DNA of 64,000 nt, taken from NCBI GenBank assembly GCA_964187785.1, contig OZ076418.1:24862001-24926000 (forward strand), in the 5' to 3' direction. The DNA is from Amphiscolops sp. MND2022. Taxonomy: Eukaryota. Both the position numbers and the translations under genes were made by a program. Numbering within the stretch: the stretch's first letter is position 1; every line of letters starts with the position of its first letter. Shown here piece after piece: positions 12,899-24,118 of this stretch. Below the pieces are notes generated by a model. It was not told the origin of the DNA. It searched no databases and was given only the letters and a program-made list of their open reading frames with translations.

Positions 12899-15375
12899 TG
12901 ATTTTAGACGTTATTCCACAAATATCGCGATTTTAGACGTTATTCCCCAAAAAAGTGATTTTAGACGTTATTCCACGAAAATAATGATTTTAGACGTTAT
13001 TCTACAAAAATACGGTAATTTTAGACATTATTCCAGTGGAATATAATGTATTTAGATCTTATTCTACCAAAATAGAGTGATTTTAGACGTTATTCCACAA
13101 ATATAGTGATTTTAGACGTTATTCCCCAAAAAAGTGATTATAGACGTTATTCTGCAACAAAAATGATTTTAGACGTTATTCTACAAGGATACGGTGATTT
13201 TAGACAATATTCCAGTGGAATATAATGTTTTTAGATCTTATTCTACCAAAATAGAGTGATTTTAGACGTTATTCCACAAATATAATGATTTTAGACGTTA
13301 TTCCCCAAAAAAGTGATTATAGACGTTATTCTGCAACAAAAATGATTTTAGACGTTATTCTACAAGGATACGGTGATTTTAGACAATATTCCAGTGGAAT
13401 ATAGTGTTTTTAGATCTTATTCTACCAAAATAGAGTGATTTTAGACGTTATTCCACAAATATCGCGATTTTAGACGTTATTCCCCAAAAAAGTGATTTTA
13501 GACGTTATTCCACGAAAATAATGATTTTAGACGTTATTCTACAAGGATACGGTGATTTTAGACAATATTCCAGTGGAATATAGTGTTTTTAGATCTTATT
13601 CTACCAACATTCAGTGATTTTAGACGTTATTCCACAAATATCGCGATTTTAGACGTTATTCCCCAAAAAAGTGATTTTAGACGTTATTCCACGAAAATAA
13701 TAATTTTAGACGTTATTCTACAAAAATACGGTAATTTTAGACATTATTCCAGTGGAATATAATGTTTTTAGATCTTATTCTACCAAAATAGAGTGATTTT
13801 AGACGTTATTCCACAAATATAGTGATTTTAGACGTTATTCCCCAAAAAAGTGATTATAGACGTTATTCTGCAACAATAATGATTTTAGACGTTATTCTAC
13901 AAGGATACGGTGATTTTAGACAATATTCCAGTGGAATATAATGTTTTTAGATCTTATTCTACCAAAATAGAGTGATTTTAGACGTTATTCCACAAATATC
14001 GCGATTTTAGACGTTATTCCCCAAAAAAGTGATTTTAGACGTTATTCCACGAAAATAATGATTTTAGACGTTATTCTACAAGGATACGGTGATTTTAGAC
14101 ATTATTCCAGTGGAATATAGTGTTTTTAGATCTTATTCTACCAAAATTCAGTGATTTTAGACGTTATTCCACAAATATCGCGATTTTAGACGTTATTCCC
14201 CAAAAAAGTGATTTTAGACGTTATTCCACGAAAATAATGATTTTAGACGTTATTCTACAAAAATACGGTAATTTTAGACATTATTCCAGTGGAATATAAT
14301 GTTTTTAGATCTTATTCTACCAAAATAGAGTGATTTTAGACGTTATTCCACAAATATAGTGATTTTAGACGTTATTCCCCAAAAAAGTGATTATAGACGT
14401 TATTCTGCAACAATAATGATTTTAGACGTTATTCTACAAGGATACGGTGATTTTAGACAATATTCCAGTGGAATATAGTGTTTTTAGATCTTATTCTACC
14501 AAAATTCAGTGATTTTAGACGTTATTCCACAAATATCGCGATTTTAGACGTTATTCCCCAAAAAAGTGATTTTAGACGTTATTCCACGAAAATAATGATT
14601 TTAGACGTTATTCTACAAAAATACGGTAATTTTAGACATTATTCCAGTGGAATATAATGTTTTTAGATCTTATTCTACCAAAATAGAGTGATTTTAGACG
14701 TTATTCCACGAAAATAATGATTTTAGACGTTATTCTACAAGGATACGGTGATTTTAGACAATATTCCAGTGGAATATAGTGTTTTTAGATATTATTCTAC
14801 CAAAATTCAGTGATTTTAGACGTTATTCCACAAATATCGCGATTTTAGACGTTATTCCCCAAAAAAGTGATTTTAGACGTTATTCCACGAAAATAATGAT
14901 TTTAGACGTTATTCTACAAAAATACGGTAATTTTAGACATTATTCCAGTGGAATATAATGTTTTTAGATCTTATTCTACCAAAATAGAGTGATTTTAGAC
15001 GTTATTCCACAAATATAGTGATTTTAGACGTTATTCCCCAAAAAAGTGATTATAGACGTTATTCTGCAACAATAATGATTTTAGACGTTATTCTACAAGG
15101 ATACGGTGATTTTAGACAATATTCCAGTGGAATATATTGTTTTTAGATCTTATTCTACCAAAATTCAGTGATTTTAGACGTTATTCCACAAATATCGCGA
15201 TTTTAGACGTTATTCCCAAAAAAAGTGATTTTAGACGTTATTCCACGAAAATAATGATTTTAGACGTTATTCTACAAAAATACGGTAATTTTAGACATTA
15301 TTCCAGTGGAATACAGTGTTTTTAGATCTTATTCTACCAAAATAGAGTGATTTTAGACGTTGTTCCATAAATATA
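12899..15375 (+). repeat. Satellite array 3 (about 14 HOR units)
   Basis: Same 179-bp HOR; its 3' part repeats rare variants of array 1 (57-bp deletion near 14692, atatattg at 15133) at offset 4612. Confidence 0.98.
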
Positions 15376-16161
15376 ATATCAGAAATGAAATACATTGTCC
15401 AAAATTCAACTGAAATTTTTGGATTAGAATTTTTCATTTTCGAAAAATTTTTTGATTTTTGTTCTCGAAAAACACCTAAGTTTTCAACTCACGCGGAAAA
15501 CTTCAACAGAAATGCTCGCAAAAACCTTTAATAATCCTTCTTGTTAGTTTGTCATATTTTCTGAAAATATTTGACGCTGAAAAGGTTGAAAAAATAATTC
15601 AAACTTCAACCAATCAAAACAGCCTAATTTTGATATTCCGTTCTAAAGTAGTCCCTAAAAATGCCGTCTAGAACTTTGTTATGGAATTGGTTTTGTTTCT
15701 CCTAACCCGAAAAGTGATAAATATTGTCTATTCCGACAGTATTCATGCAAGAAAAAAATTTTTACACCGAAAAAAATCCCAGTAATACGAATTTGTTTGC
15801 CACACTGGCACACGTAAAAATTTTGTTTACATCATATGCACTCATAAAATTTGAGGTTTTCCCCGCAATAACATGGAAAATTTCGCGGGGAATTTTTCTT
15901 GAACTTCCTTGATGTTGCTCTGAAAACCCGCCAAATTGTATAGAAATTCTAATAAAAACCTGAAGAAATAGCATTGCATCAGGGAAATACTTTAGCATTA
16001 ATGATTTTCCATGAAACTCCCAAAATCATGCTAAAAGTGCTTGGTAGCCTATAAAATCATGTAAAAGTTTCAAGAGTTTCAACTAGGGCTACCTTCTTTC
16101 CGATAACTTTGCAAAGAGGCCAATACCTCAATACCTACTGCTTCATTGATATTCACCAATG
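15376..16161. repeat. ~790-bp spacer, copy 3 (continues into unique flank)
   Basis: I found 3 substitutions and a 1-nt deletion relative to copy 1; after caccaatg it runs into unique cctcaac... rather than satellite. Confidence 0.97.
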
Positions 16162-17596
16162 CCTCAACAATTTTTGACAACAGCGAAAATTGATTTCAAC
16201 GGTTACTTGCTTTCACGTGTTTACAAGTCAATACTGTAACTTCGGCTATTTCTTAATATAAAAATTGTTTTGCGAATATTTCGAATAAACCTCAATTGTT
16301 ATCACTATATACGGAACATCGTAAAACGGTTGAATTAAATGAGATCAATTTTCGAACAACCTGAAAATTCTGACAAATGGCGTTCGAATTTAAGTTTTCC
16401 GCTCAGAAGTTTCGCATTTCAATCGAGCTGAAAGGAGGTGTCTCTGGACTGCAGCTAGAAAATTTATGGAGAGTGCATAGAAAATTTTTGTTGGATTGAA
16501 TGCAGCTGCCACTATTTCAATTGAAGCTGAAAAAAAATCCACTTCTTCACCGTCGTGATCACTTTGATGTCACGCTTAAGTTTCTGAAGTAAAAAAAGTT
16601 CCCAGTGGAAATTGTCTTGAAACTCTTGACAAGTTTGTGCATACTTTTATATATTCCCGTTTACTCTTGAAAGCCTTAATCTTGTTTTTTCTTGCTTCAC
16701 ACAAATCTCTGGAATTTTCCAATAGGAATCTTGGTAAGAGCCTTATCACGAGTATCAAGAGATTGAATAACTTCCGAAACAAACAGCAATTTTGTATAAA
16801 AGTACTTTGCTATTGTTCGCACTACTAGCTACACTGTCATTCTTTGAAATATTAGCTATAGGACAACACCAAGTCCTATACAAATTGAAATTCGAATATT
16901 TGAAGAAAGTAGTTATATAATAATTTGATTATGCTTTAGAATTTCTGCCTCTCAAAAACTTGTTCTCTTCTCAAAAAATGTGTCTTCAACAGGAAAAAAA
17001 AATACGTCAGGTACAAGTTTGAGAAAGTCTATTATGTGAGAAAAACCAACACCTCCATTCCACAGAATGAGTATCTCGTGTCCAAAAAGACGAAGTGATT
17101 ACAAAAACGTCGATTTACAAGAAGTGAAGTTGTTCTGACAAAATAAACATCTCGGAACCTTCTTGGGTCAGCGTCCAGATTAAGGCACGAAAACGTGGCA
17201 TAATGCCAAACTTTCCATTAGGCCGAACTTTTTTATTTAAAAAAATGAACTCGACAAAAATTATTTTTTTTTGTGACTGAAAGGGTTTGTTGAACTCACC
17301 TAAGGCTTCAACCAAGGCGCCTTGACTCCAAAAAATGACAAACTGGACAATTTTTGAGTAATTTTGCGCTCTTTCCTTGAAAAATCTATTTTAATTCTTT
17401 AAACTGTCTACTAAGTAGTCCAATTGGTTTTTCTTTTCAGCTCTTTGAATTTTCTACCCACGGATTCGTTCCAACAAACATACAAAAATTGCAACGAAAA
17501 TGTCAGAAACTGAAACTTTTCTGGAAGGATTTAGTTCTTGTTGTTTTTTAAAGAGTATGCTAAGTAGCTACTTGTTTTGTTGTTGAAGACAGTCGA

Positions 17597-17966
17597 AACT
17601 TTTTTCCGACCCCACAAATAAATTTGGGGATGAAAATCATGATCTGTGATGCGTTTTTTCCAAATTCTGTCAAATCTCCTGCCGACCTCCCTTAGTTACT
17701 TGACTATTTTAGTAGCTAGAATAGTCAAGTAATTAAATATCTTAGAGTGTGGAATAAGATCTAAAATCAAAAACGGAATAAGATCTAACGGGGATAAAAT
17801 CAAAAATTTCAGGACGGGAATAAGATCTAAAGCGAATAAAATCTAAAATCACTAAATTTTAGAACTTATTCTTTAGATCCTTTTACCTCCTGCCAAAATA
17901 GCTATGGCTCAGTTGGTGAAAGCGAAAAGGGCGGAAAATATTTCGGTGCTTAGCGGGCGTCTTGTT
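17597..17966 (+). mobile_element. Dispersed non-autonomous element R2, copy 1 (ends ttagcgggcgtcttgtt; carries A-box-like TGGCTCAGTTGG and inverted satellite monomers)
   Basis: Shares gaaaatcat(g/a)atctgtg(a/t)tgcgtttttt, aaattctg(t/c)caaatctcc and the 3' end with 27978-28287. Confidence 0.75.
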
Positions 17967-18029
17967 CTCACAAGTACTTCTCACAGGGGCCGATGTCATC
18001 AATTAAACTCAAAGTTTCTCTAAAGCTAC

Positions 18030-18225
18030 TGTTGTATCTCTGTTCTAGCTAGTTAAAGAATGTAAGAGATCTAAGAATTAACTTGTTTCCACTGATGTCT
18101 TTTGTATCACTGAGTATAGACATTCATCTGCGCTTAAGTGGCAGGACTGGTATTTAATATAAATAACATAAAGAAAGCAGACTAATCAGTTTCTAAAGTT
18201 TGTGAGAGTTCGTCTGTCCTCTACA
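18030..18225 (-). repeat. G1 3' LTR
   Basis: Direct repeat of 23923-24118; followed on + by a pyrimidine tract (PPT on -). Confidence 0.98.
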
Positions 18226-18243
18226 TTCCCCCTTCTTCTACTA
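18226..18243 (-). promoter_or_regulatory. G1 polypurine tract
   Basis: AGTAGAAGAAGGGGGAA on the - strand abutting the 3' LTR. Confidence 0.9.
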
Positions 18244-18516
18244 TTGGCTGATATCTCTGCCAATGGGGATTCCTGCTTTCTGATGTGGCGGTTGTTGTTC
18301 CTCCACTGGTCCAGTTTGTGGCGGACGGTTGACCGTTCCTGGCTGTTTTGTTTGTCACGGTTGTTGTTTAGCCGTAACGTCAAGATTTTGTTTTGTGACC
18401 GGTTTACTGGTTGTTGCTCCCCTCCTTCGGTTTGGCTTTTTGTTGATCCGGTGTGGCTTCCGAATTCAGTCTGTTTACGGTGTTTCCTGTAATCATGACA
18501 AATTGGGTTATTATAC

Positions 18517-19077
18517 CTAAAAATAGGATTTTGTTTTTGTCAGTCTTTTCGATCTGCGTACAGGTTCTTTTTCTTCGGTTTCAATTTCGGTGCTTGAGCT
18601 CAGATTACTTGCTAGTTCTAATTCAGAGTTTTCCAGGTTCTCTGCTAACAATTTTGTGCTATTATCAGTAAGTACCTTACCGTTTTGGTCTCGGATGAAA
18701 ATTTCTTGCTCTGCGCTATTAGCGTCTTCTATGGCACGGTCTAATTCCGTGTCCGTCATGTTTGACGTTGTGATTGTCAGCGGGCCTATGTTGTTTCCCG
18801 GCATAGGTGTGTTGGCTGTATTTAGGCTGGCACGGTCTCTGATTAATTTTGGGCGTCCTCGTCCGAGTGTGCTCTTCTTGATGGTTGTGTCTATGGAGAG
18901 CTCTGGCGTCTTTGGGCTGTCTATTTCCATTGGTGGTGTTTCCGATTTGGTGTCCGAGTAGATTATCTTTGCCCGCTGATGTTTGGATGGTGATTTGACA
19001 AATCGGCCGTCCGGTCCGCGTGGCCCAATTCCTCTGTTGGTGTTTTCCTGGTTAAATTCAATAGGTTTACTTATCAT
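18517..19077 (-). pseudogene. G1 pol C-terminal tail (frameshifted) with AT-hook-like GRGRPK
   Basis: Continues the integrase reading direction; KKSTLGRGRPKLIR at 18847-18879, basic PVRRSKR near the end. Confidence 0.75.
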
Positions 19078-19088
19078 TTTTCGATGTA

Positions 19089-19955
19089 TTACCCTTCCGT
19101 TTGGGTGGTTACTGTATGATTTGTGCCCGATATTGCTAGCTGTGGTTTATCGGAATATGCACTTTCTAGTTTATTTCGTTGGTGTTTTTTCTCTAGAAAA
19201 AAGAAAGGACAACTTACTCCTTTTGAGTTTTTCTTCGGCTTCATGGGTAGCTGGTTAGACACACCGCCAGCTCCACTGAAAGAGTATACCTGTAAGGTAT
19301 CTGGTTTAGCTGAAACGGAACGTTTTGTTAGCTTTTCAATTTCATCCAGGTTTAGTAAGTTACTTATTTCCGTGTTCGGTTTTCTACCGTAGTGTAGTTC
19401 GAAAGCGGATTTTTTCAGTCGGGTGTGAGGCGTTTTTCTCATTACGTCTAGGGATATATCTAGGGCTTTCCCGAAACGTTCTCCGGCTTTATTGTTTGTT
19501 AGTAGGTTTTCTTTCAGAGTTCTTACTCCACGCTCTACCAGGCCGGTAGGTGTCTGTATATACGGTGTCCCGTATATTAATTTTATGTAGTGTTTCTTGC
19601 AGAAGTCTCTGAAGAGCCGTCCCGTAAACGCGGTGGCCTTATCGGTTCTAATTATTTTCGGTATGCCGTTTAGACGAATGTATTGGTCGACAATTTTTAC
19701 TGCCGTTTCAACGTCCGTTGAAGTGCAAAAACTGGCCGCTGGCCATTTACTGTACCGGTCCATGGACAATAAGATATATAATCGACGGTTGTTTTCCGTC
19801 ATTGGACCGATGAAATCCAGTTGAATTTCTTCGTTTGGATTATCCAATGGTGGAAGACTATTTATTTCCGTGCTAGGTATGTTAGGTTTTATGTTCTTAC
19901 CGGACATTTTGCAGAATAGACATGTTTCACATTTCTTTTGAATTGCCTCGGTCAC
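19089..19955 (-). pseudogene. G1 integrase
   Basis: HHCC half CxxC (CETCLFC region), QLDFIGP, IRTDKATAF, GLVERGVRTLK giving the D-D-E triad. Confidence 0.97.
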
Positions 19956-22135
19956 CAGAAATGTCGTGCTGCAAGGGACATTTTATTGATGGCTGGATGG
20001 CCTTTGTGCAGGAGGCTGATGATGGTCGCTCTTGAGTTTTTGAGGACAATAATTTTGTCTTCGATGAAAACCAGACCGAATCGGCTTGATAGCTTTCTTT
20101 TGTGCATTTGGTATTCTTCGGGAATCAACTCATGCTGCTGTCGTTCCAAGCTAACAAGTGTCTTCAGTAATGTGGGTTCATTGGTGGTCTCGTTCATCAA
20201 TAATTGTAAATCCGTTGAGAAATTCTTTTCGGTCTCTCGCACGGCTTGTTCAAGGTCCCAGGTGTTTTCGTCCAGTGCAGCTACTTTGGGGGCGTGCCCC
20301 ATTTTCACGTATTGCACGCTTTTCACTCCTACATAGCGTGCCCAATTCCATGCTGGTACTTCTAAGATGGACGGGTCTTGGTCCGTCTCTGACTCAATTT
20401 CGCCTTCTTCCATGGGTATTTGGGCGATTTGGTGTTCCGTGTTTGCTGTTGCCGATGATGGTCCTGGCTTGTCGTATTGGCTCTGGTCGTGTTGTTGTTG
20501 TTGGACCGGTGTTGGTCGGTCCATCTCCCAAAATGGATCTACTGTCCACTGTTCCGACCCTCTGGTTTCTGGCTGGAAGCCGCCACTTTGTTGCGGGCCA
20601 ATTCTTTGTCTCAGGTCTCCCTGATGTTGTTCTTTCATTATTTGTTGTAATCGCTCCTCGATTACTTTTCTCTCATTTCTGAGGATTTTTGGTTCGTGGT
20701 ATTTTTTCCACTTCCCCCCGGTTAAACGGTAAATGCCGGACTTTACTATGTTCCTCCACCGTTGAATTGATTGAGTGGTTTCGGGTGATGAGTCTGCTGC
20801 TTCGAGATTATCAATTGTTCGGGCGTCCATTGTTATTTTTGAATTTGATGAGTTTTTTAAGTGATGAATTTCACGTGTGGACGGTGAGTTGTTAAGGCAA
20901 TCAATGGCGTTTTGTTCACGCGTTTCTCGTGACCGCGGTTCGTTGTTTGTTTTGCGTTCGATATCCGTCAATCCGTTCTCTGATTGGTTAGTGTGGTTGC
21001 TAAGGCAACCATATTTGGAGATGAATTTGTAGTGCGGCAAGATGTTGTTAATTACGTATTCTTCGTCGTATACGTCATCCGATTGCGGCGGCACTGACGG
21101 ATTTCTGCTCAAGTAATCCGTGAGTGCTAGATGCTTGCCTGTGATATGGTTCACGTTTATTGTGAAATGTGCTAATCGTTCAAGCCATCTTGTTAGCCGT
21201 GCGCTGTACGTTTTATTGGATCGGTTTCGCTTTATCAGCGGTTCTAATGCTTGGTGGTCCGTGAGTAATTTAATCGGTTTGCCGTAAATATATAGTCGGA
21301 AGTGTTCTAGGCACCAAACTACTGCTAATAATTCGAGTTCGTTAATTGCGTATTTCTTTTCAGTGTCGGATAGAAATCGGCTTGCGAAACCGATCGGTTT
21401 TAAATTTCCGTCCGGTTGTTCTTGCCATAGCGTCGCATCGAGGCCTTTCGTACTGGCGTCGGTTGTTATCACGTTTTGGTAGTCTGAATTGTAATGAGCC
21501 AGACACGGTATTTCTGTGATCTTTTGTTTTAGATTTTCGAAGGCCCGTGTTTGTTCTTCCGTCCATAACCATTCGGTGTCTTTCTTTAATAGTTGTCTCA
21601 AACTGTCCGTCTGTGCTGATAAATTGTCCATGTATTTGGACAGGTTTTGGATGGCACCCAAGAATGATTTGAGTTCTTTCTCGTTGTTTGGCTGTTTCAA
21701 ATTTTTTATTGCCATTAGTTTGTCCTGTAACGGTCTGATACCGTTTTGGTCAATTTCGAGGCCAATCCATTCGATTTCCGTTTTAAAGAATTCGGATTTG
21801 CTTTCGCTCAGTCTGTATCCGGCGTTTTCTAGCCTGGTTAATACATCCACCAGTTCTTTTTTGTGTTGCTCTTTGGAGCTTTTTGTTACCACGATTATGT
21901 CGTCCAACCATGCTGGGTGTTTGTTTTCCAGTGTTTGGTCAATTTTTTCTCGAAAAATTGTTGGAATGTCCGCTAATCCGTAAAACCCTTTCAGGAAACG
22001 GTAGTAACCGGTAAAGTTTCCACCGGTTACGGCAAATATGCACAGGTTTCGGGCTTCTCTGGATAATAGTAGTTGACCGTATGCGTAATTCAGTCGAATT
22101 TTAGATCCATATTTCGTCTGCCGGTCTGTCCGCAA
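19952..22135 (-). pseudogene. G1 RT - RNase H - long linker - integrase N-terminus
   Basis: YAYGQ, GFYGL, WLDDIIVV (RT catalytic motif), ITTDASTKG and INELELLAVVW (RNase H), HKGHP (HH of the integrase zinc finger). Confidence 0.97.
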
Positions 22136-22203
22136 TTTTCCTGGAGATTCTGGAAATTAATTCCTCCATGTTAGGCATTTGTGCCTTTCTCTTGATGGTT
22201 ATC

Positions 22204-23882
22204 TCATTTAAATTTCCTTGAATCTAGGGCGATTTTTACCGATTTATCTTTCTTTACGGTGATGACTGCCGGGCTAACAAAACAATTCTCGTCGATGTTG
22301 TTTGCTTTTTCTATGTGGCCTTGTTTCATTACTTTGTTTATTTCCTTTTCAACCGATTGCTGTAAGTGAATCGGTATTGGTCTTCCTTTTTGTTGGATTA
22401 GTCTCGCGTCTTCTTTCAGCTGTATTTTTACTTCTAATCCTTCCACGGTGTGGTGTTCGTGAAAGAGTTTTTTGAATTTTCTTTTCAAGGAAGTAATATC
22501 CGGGTCTTCTGTGACGTGGTTTATCTGGGGACCGGTTCTACCGGTGTCCAGTGTGATTCCCAGTTTTTTCATCCAGTCCAATCCTAACAAGGGATTGGTT
22601 TTCTTCGTGGTTATCAAGATTTCCAGATTATTTTGTTGTCCGTTTATTTCTACTGTTGCGGTCGTTTTTCCTTCGAATCGGATTTTGTTGTCATTTACGT
22701 CTCTATATTCCGTTTTCAGCGGTTTCACCGGTGTAATCCTGTTGAAAAGTGATTTTGGTATTAGTGTCACCGGTGATCCGCTGTCTATTATGAACTTGAT
22801 TGGTCGGTTATTGACCAATGCGGTGAGAGTGAAAAAGTCTGGACCGTCTTTTTTCATTTGACGGGTTGAATGGACCTTCTGGTTGATGCAATGGATTGTG
22901 TTCGGTGACCAGTCGTCTTCCTCCGCACTACTGGTTTCTTGTTCCTGTATGCGGTTTATTTTCTTGTTTGTTCTGCAACATTTCCCGCAATGGCCGATCT
23001 GTTCGCATTTTGCACATTTCTTCCCTCTGGCCGGACATTCGTGCTGTCTCGACCAGTTTGGGGCTCCACATTTATTGTAGTCCATTTTCTTGAATTTGAT
23101 CGGTTTATCTGTTTGTTCTTTGAAACTTTTTGCTTTTCTTTTGTTGAGGTATCTGATCTTTTTTTCTTCTTCTGTTTCGGGTGAGTCATTTAGTTTCTCG
23201 TACATGTGTTCGTGTAGTGCATCAGTGATTGCTTCCACTGACATGTCACTTTTTCTGATTTTTTTCTTGAGGTCGTAATCGCCTGTCGATTTTCCAATTA
23301 CGGAGAGAAATTTTGATGCTAGTAATTCCGCTGCGGTTATTGTTTCGAATTCGCAGTTTCTTTCAATTGTCAGTATCCGTTTCCAGACATCTGCCGCTGA
23401 CTCTCCTTCTTCCCGTTTCAGTTCGAAGAAATCGGCTCTGCTGTGGTGAACATTCCGTTCTGGGGTGAAATGTAACCGGAACAGTGAGTACAGTTTGTGT
23501 AACGGTAATGAGCTTGGTTCTCTTTCTCTAACCGTTTTGGTCATTTCCGTGATAGCATTTTGTCCAATTGCCCACAGAAATATGTCCTTTATTTCTGCTT
23601 CTAATTGATCACGGTATTGTGGCAGTATCTCTTTGCTGTTTGTCATCGTTGATAGATCTAAATCTTTCGTCGTTTTATATACTGTGTGAACTTCCGCCAC
23701 CACATGTTTGCACTGGTGTAATCTTGTTTGTCCAATGTAGGAATGGTAAGTTTCTGTGTGCAGGTCCGTTCCGTGGTTCTATTCATTGTGTCGTTTGGTG
23801 GCGGTTGTCCGCGTTGGTGCGTTTCCGTCACCGTCCCGTTGGTACTTCCATTTATTGGAGAAGTATTTGTGCTGTCGTCCAT
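22204..23882 (-). pseudogene. G1 gag - protease - RT start (frameshift near 23690)
   Basis: Zinc knuckles (KCGAPNWSRQHEC; CAKCEQIGHCGKCC), protease FIIDSGSPVT, RT start SPAVITVKKDKSVKIALDSRK. Confidence 0.95.
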
Positions 23883-23904
23883 CAATCTTCAGTAACTTGT
23901 GAGG

Positions 23905-23922
23905 GTTACTCTAACTGCGCCA
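23905..23922 (-). promoter_or_regulatory. G1 primer-binding site TGGCGCAGTTAGAGTAAC (probably tRNA-Ser)
   Basis: Abuts the 5' LTR; TGGCGCAGT matches the 3' end of invertebrate tRNA-Ser (…ACUGCGCCA); tRNA identity is inferred. Confidence 0.8.
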
Positions 23923-24118
23923 TGTTGTATCTCTGTTCTAGCTAGTTAAAGAATGTAAGAGATCTAAGAATTAACTTGTTTTCACTGATGTCTTTTGTAT
24001 CACTGAGTATAGACATTCATCTGCGCTTAAGTGGCAGGACTGGTAATTAATATAAATAACATAAAGAAAGCAGACTAATTAGTTTCTAAAGTTTGTGAGA
24101 GTTCGTCTGTCCTCTACA
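23923..24118 (-). repeat. G1 5' LTR
   Basis: Direct repeat of 18030-18225. Confidence 0.98.

Larger units (their letters stand above)
18030..24118 (-). mobile_element. Full-length Ty3/Gypsy (Mag-like) LTR retrotransposon G1, frameshifted
   Basis: 196-bp LTRs (TG...CA, 3 differences), 5-bp TSD GCTAC at 18025-18029 and 24119-24123, PBS, PPT, gag-PR-RT-RH-IN domain order. Confidence 0.98.

Noticed and set aside
8015-15375. CRISPR-like array of ~30-bp repeats
   Set aside because: No unique spacers: the variable parts recur with 179-bp period; no cas genes; eukaryotic context.
10525-15998. Recurrent 62-aa and 78-aa ORFs (MFLDLILPKF..., MSIPTVF..., MLKYFPD...)
   Set aside because: By-products of satellite and spacer duplication, mostly with non-ATG starts and no protein motifs.
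18202-23945. Numerous + strand ORFs over G1 (and likewise over G3 and BEL)
   Set aside because: Antisense shadows of the retrotransposon reading frames; none carries an env-like or other motif I could support.
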